Shown in pieces: positions 63,032 through 64,000 of a DNA stretch of 64,000 nucleotides. Origin of the DNA: Batkoa obscura (taxonomy: Eukaryota); contig JASVEC010000027.1 in NCBI GenBank assembly GCA_030770535.1, positions 434,001 to 498,000 on the forward strand, given 5' to 3'. Every line of letters starts with the position of its first letter. Positions within the stretch are counted from its first letter, which is position 1. Both the position numbers and the translations under genes were made by a program. Below the pieces are notes generated by a model. It was not told the origin of the DNA. It saw only the letters and a list, made by a program, of their open reading frames with translations, and made no database searches.

Positions 63032-63892
63032 ATGGCTGGAGCAGACAAAGAATTTAGTATGGATATTGATGTAGCTGGAGCAAATGATTTTAAAGCAGCT
63101 AAACGTACTGGCTATGCTGGTTTTAGATATCGTTATCGTGAATATTTAGCTGAATTTTTAGGTACAACTGTACTTTTATTATTTGGAAATGGTGTATGCG
63201 CACAGGTTACTTTTAACGATGCCGCTAAAGGATCAAGTTATTTAAGTATCAATTTTGGTTGGGCTTTTGCTGTTATGCTTGGTATTTTCGTTTCTGGACC
63301 TATTTCTGGTGCTCATATTAATCCAGCAGTTACTATTAGTAACGCTATTCATGGAAAATTCCCATGGAGAAAAGTACCGGGTTTTGTAGCTGCTCAAATC
63401 CTTGGTGCTATCCTTGGCGCCGCCCTTGTTTTTCTTATGTATTGGCCAGCTTTTAATAAGTTTGATGGCGGTGTACGTCAAACTTTAGGTGATCAAGCTA
63501 CTGCTGGTATTTTCGCTACTTACCCTTACGCAACCAGTCCAATTTGGAATTGTTTCCTTACTGAAATTGTTAATACTGCTGCTATGATGGTCTGTATATG
63601 TGGTATCAATGACCCACGTCATAAAATTCCATCATGGATGGGTGCTTTAGCAGTTGGACTTTTAATTGGTGCCATTGGTATTTCTATTGGTTTTATGACT
63701 GGTTATGCTATGAATCCTGCTCGTGACTTTGGTCCTCGTTTCTTTACTCTTATGGCAGGATGGGGAACTGAACCATTTACTGCTTATAATTATTATTTCT
63801 GGAATCCTATTGTTGCCCCAATAGTAGGAGCCACTCTTGGTATCTTCCTTTACGATGTATTCATCTCACCCGCTGAGCTTGATGATGAATAG
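63032..63892 (+). CDS. Aquaglyceroporin (MIP family, GlpF-like)
   Basis: AEFLGT, SGAHINPAVT, AGIFATYP, GYAMNPARDFGPR. The NPARD Asp marks glyceroporins. Confidence 0.95.
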   Translation: MAGADKEFSMDIDVAGANDFKAAKRTGYAGFRYRYREYLAEFLGTTVLLLFGNGVCAQVTFNDAAKGSSYLSINFGWAFAVMLGIFVSGPISGAHINPAVTISNAIHGKFPWRKVPGFVAAQILGAILGAALVFLMYWPAFNKFDGGVRQTLGDQATAGIFATYPYATSPIWNCFLTEIVNTAAMMVCICGINDPRHKIPSWMGALAVGLLIGAIGISIGFMTGYAMNPARDFGPRFFTLMAGWGTEPFTAYNYYFWNPIVAPIVGATLGIFLYDVFISPAELDDE

Positions 63893-64000
63893 ATTTTCTT
63901 CTAAACTGAGTTTAGTTTGGAGCAAAAGTTCCACAAAATAATTTTAATTAATTCTCACGAGTATTTAAATAAACCTTTTATTATTCCAGACTTCTAATAT

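Noticed and set aside
3896..63481. Antisense or alternate-frame ORFs over real genes (3896, 21991, 22207, 26685, 33365, 39220, 51612, 53966, 54900, 59695, 63242)
   Set aside because: Shadow ORFs with no recognisable motifs.

Overview
Very AT-rich eukaryotic DNA with short (~50-110 nt) GT-AG introns. The gene content suggests an early-diverging fungus, possibly Entomophthoromycotina-like (inference only). The window has three zones. (1) 1-14.8 kb is a gene-dense block: RSPRY1-like, GH5 EGCrP/EGH1-like, STEEP1, ABC1/ADCK kinase, PP2A-A and a 7TM receptor, with two identical inverted tRNA-Leu(UAA) genes. (2) 15-50 kb is gene-sparse and transposon-rich. It holds five intronless Atf1/ATF2-type bZIP paralogs, two with a broken DNA-binding basic region but an intact zipper, and three sharing an upstream motif. 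It also holds a Zn2Cys6 gene, two decayed Sola2-like DNA transposons and six solo-LTR-like elements with 4-bp TSDs. (3) 50-64 kb has two F-box/LRR genes, a secreted Thr-rich protein with a Tyr/Lys/Pro repeat tail, BLOS1, Rpr2 and an aquaglyceroporin. A ~99-bp MITE matching the Sola2-like ends occurs 23 times across the window. All calls are by eye, with no database search.
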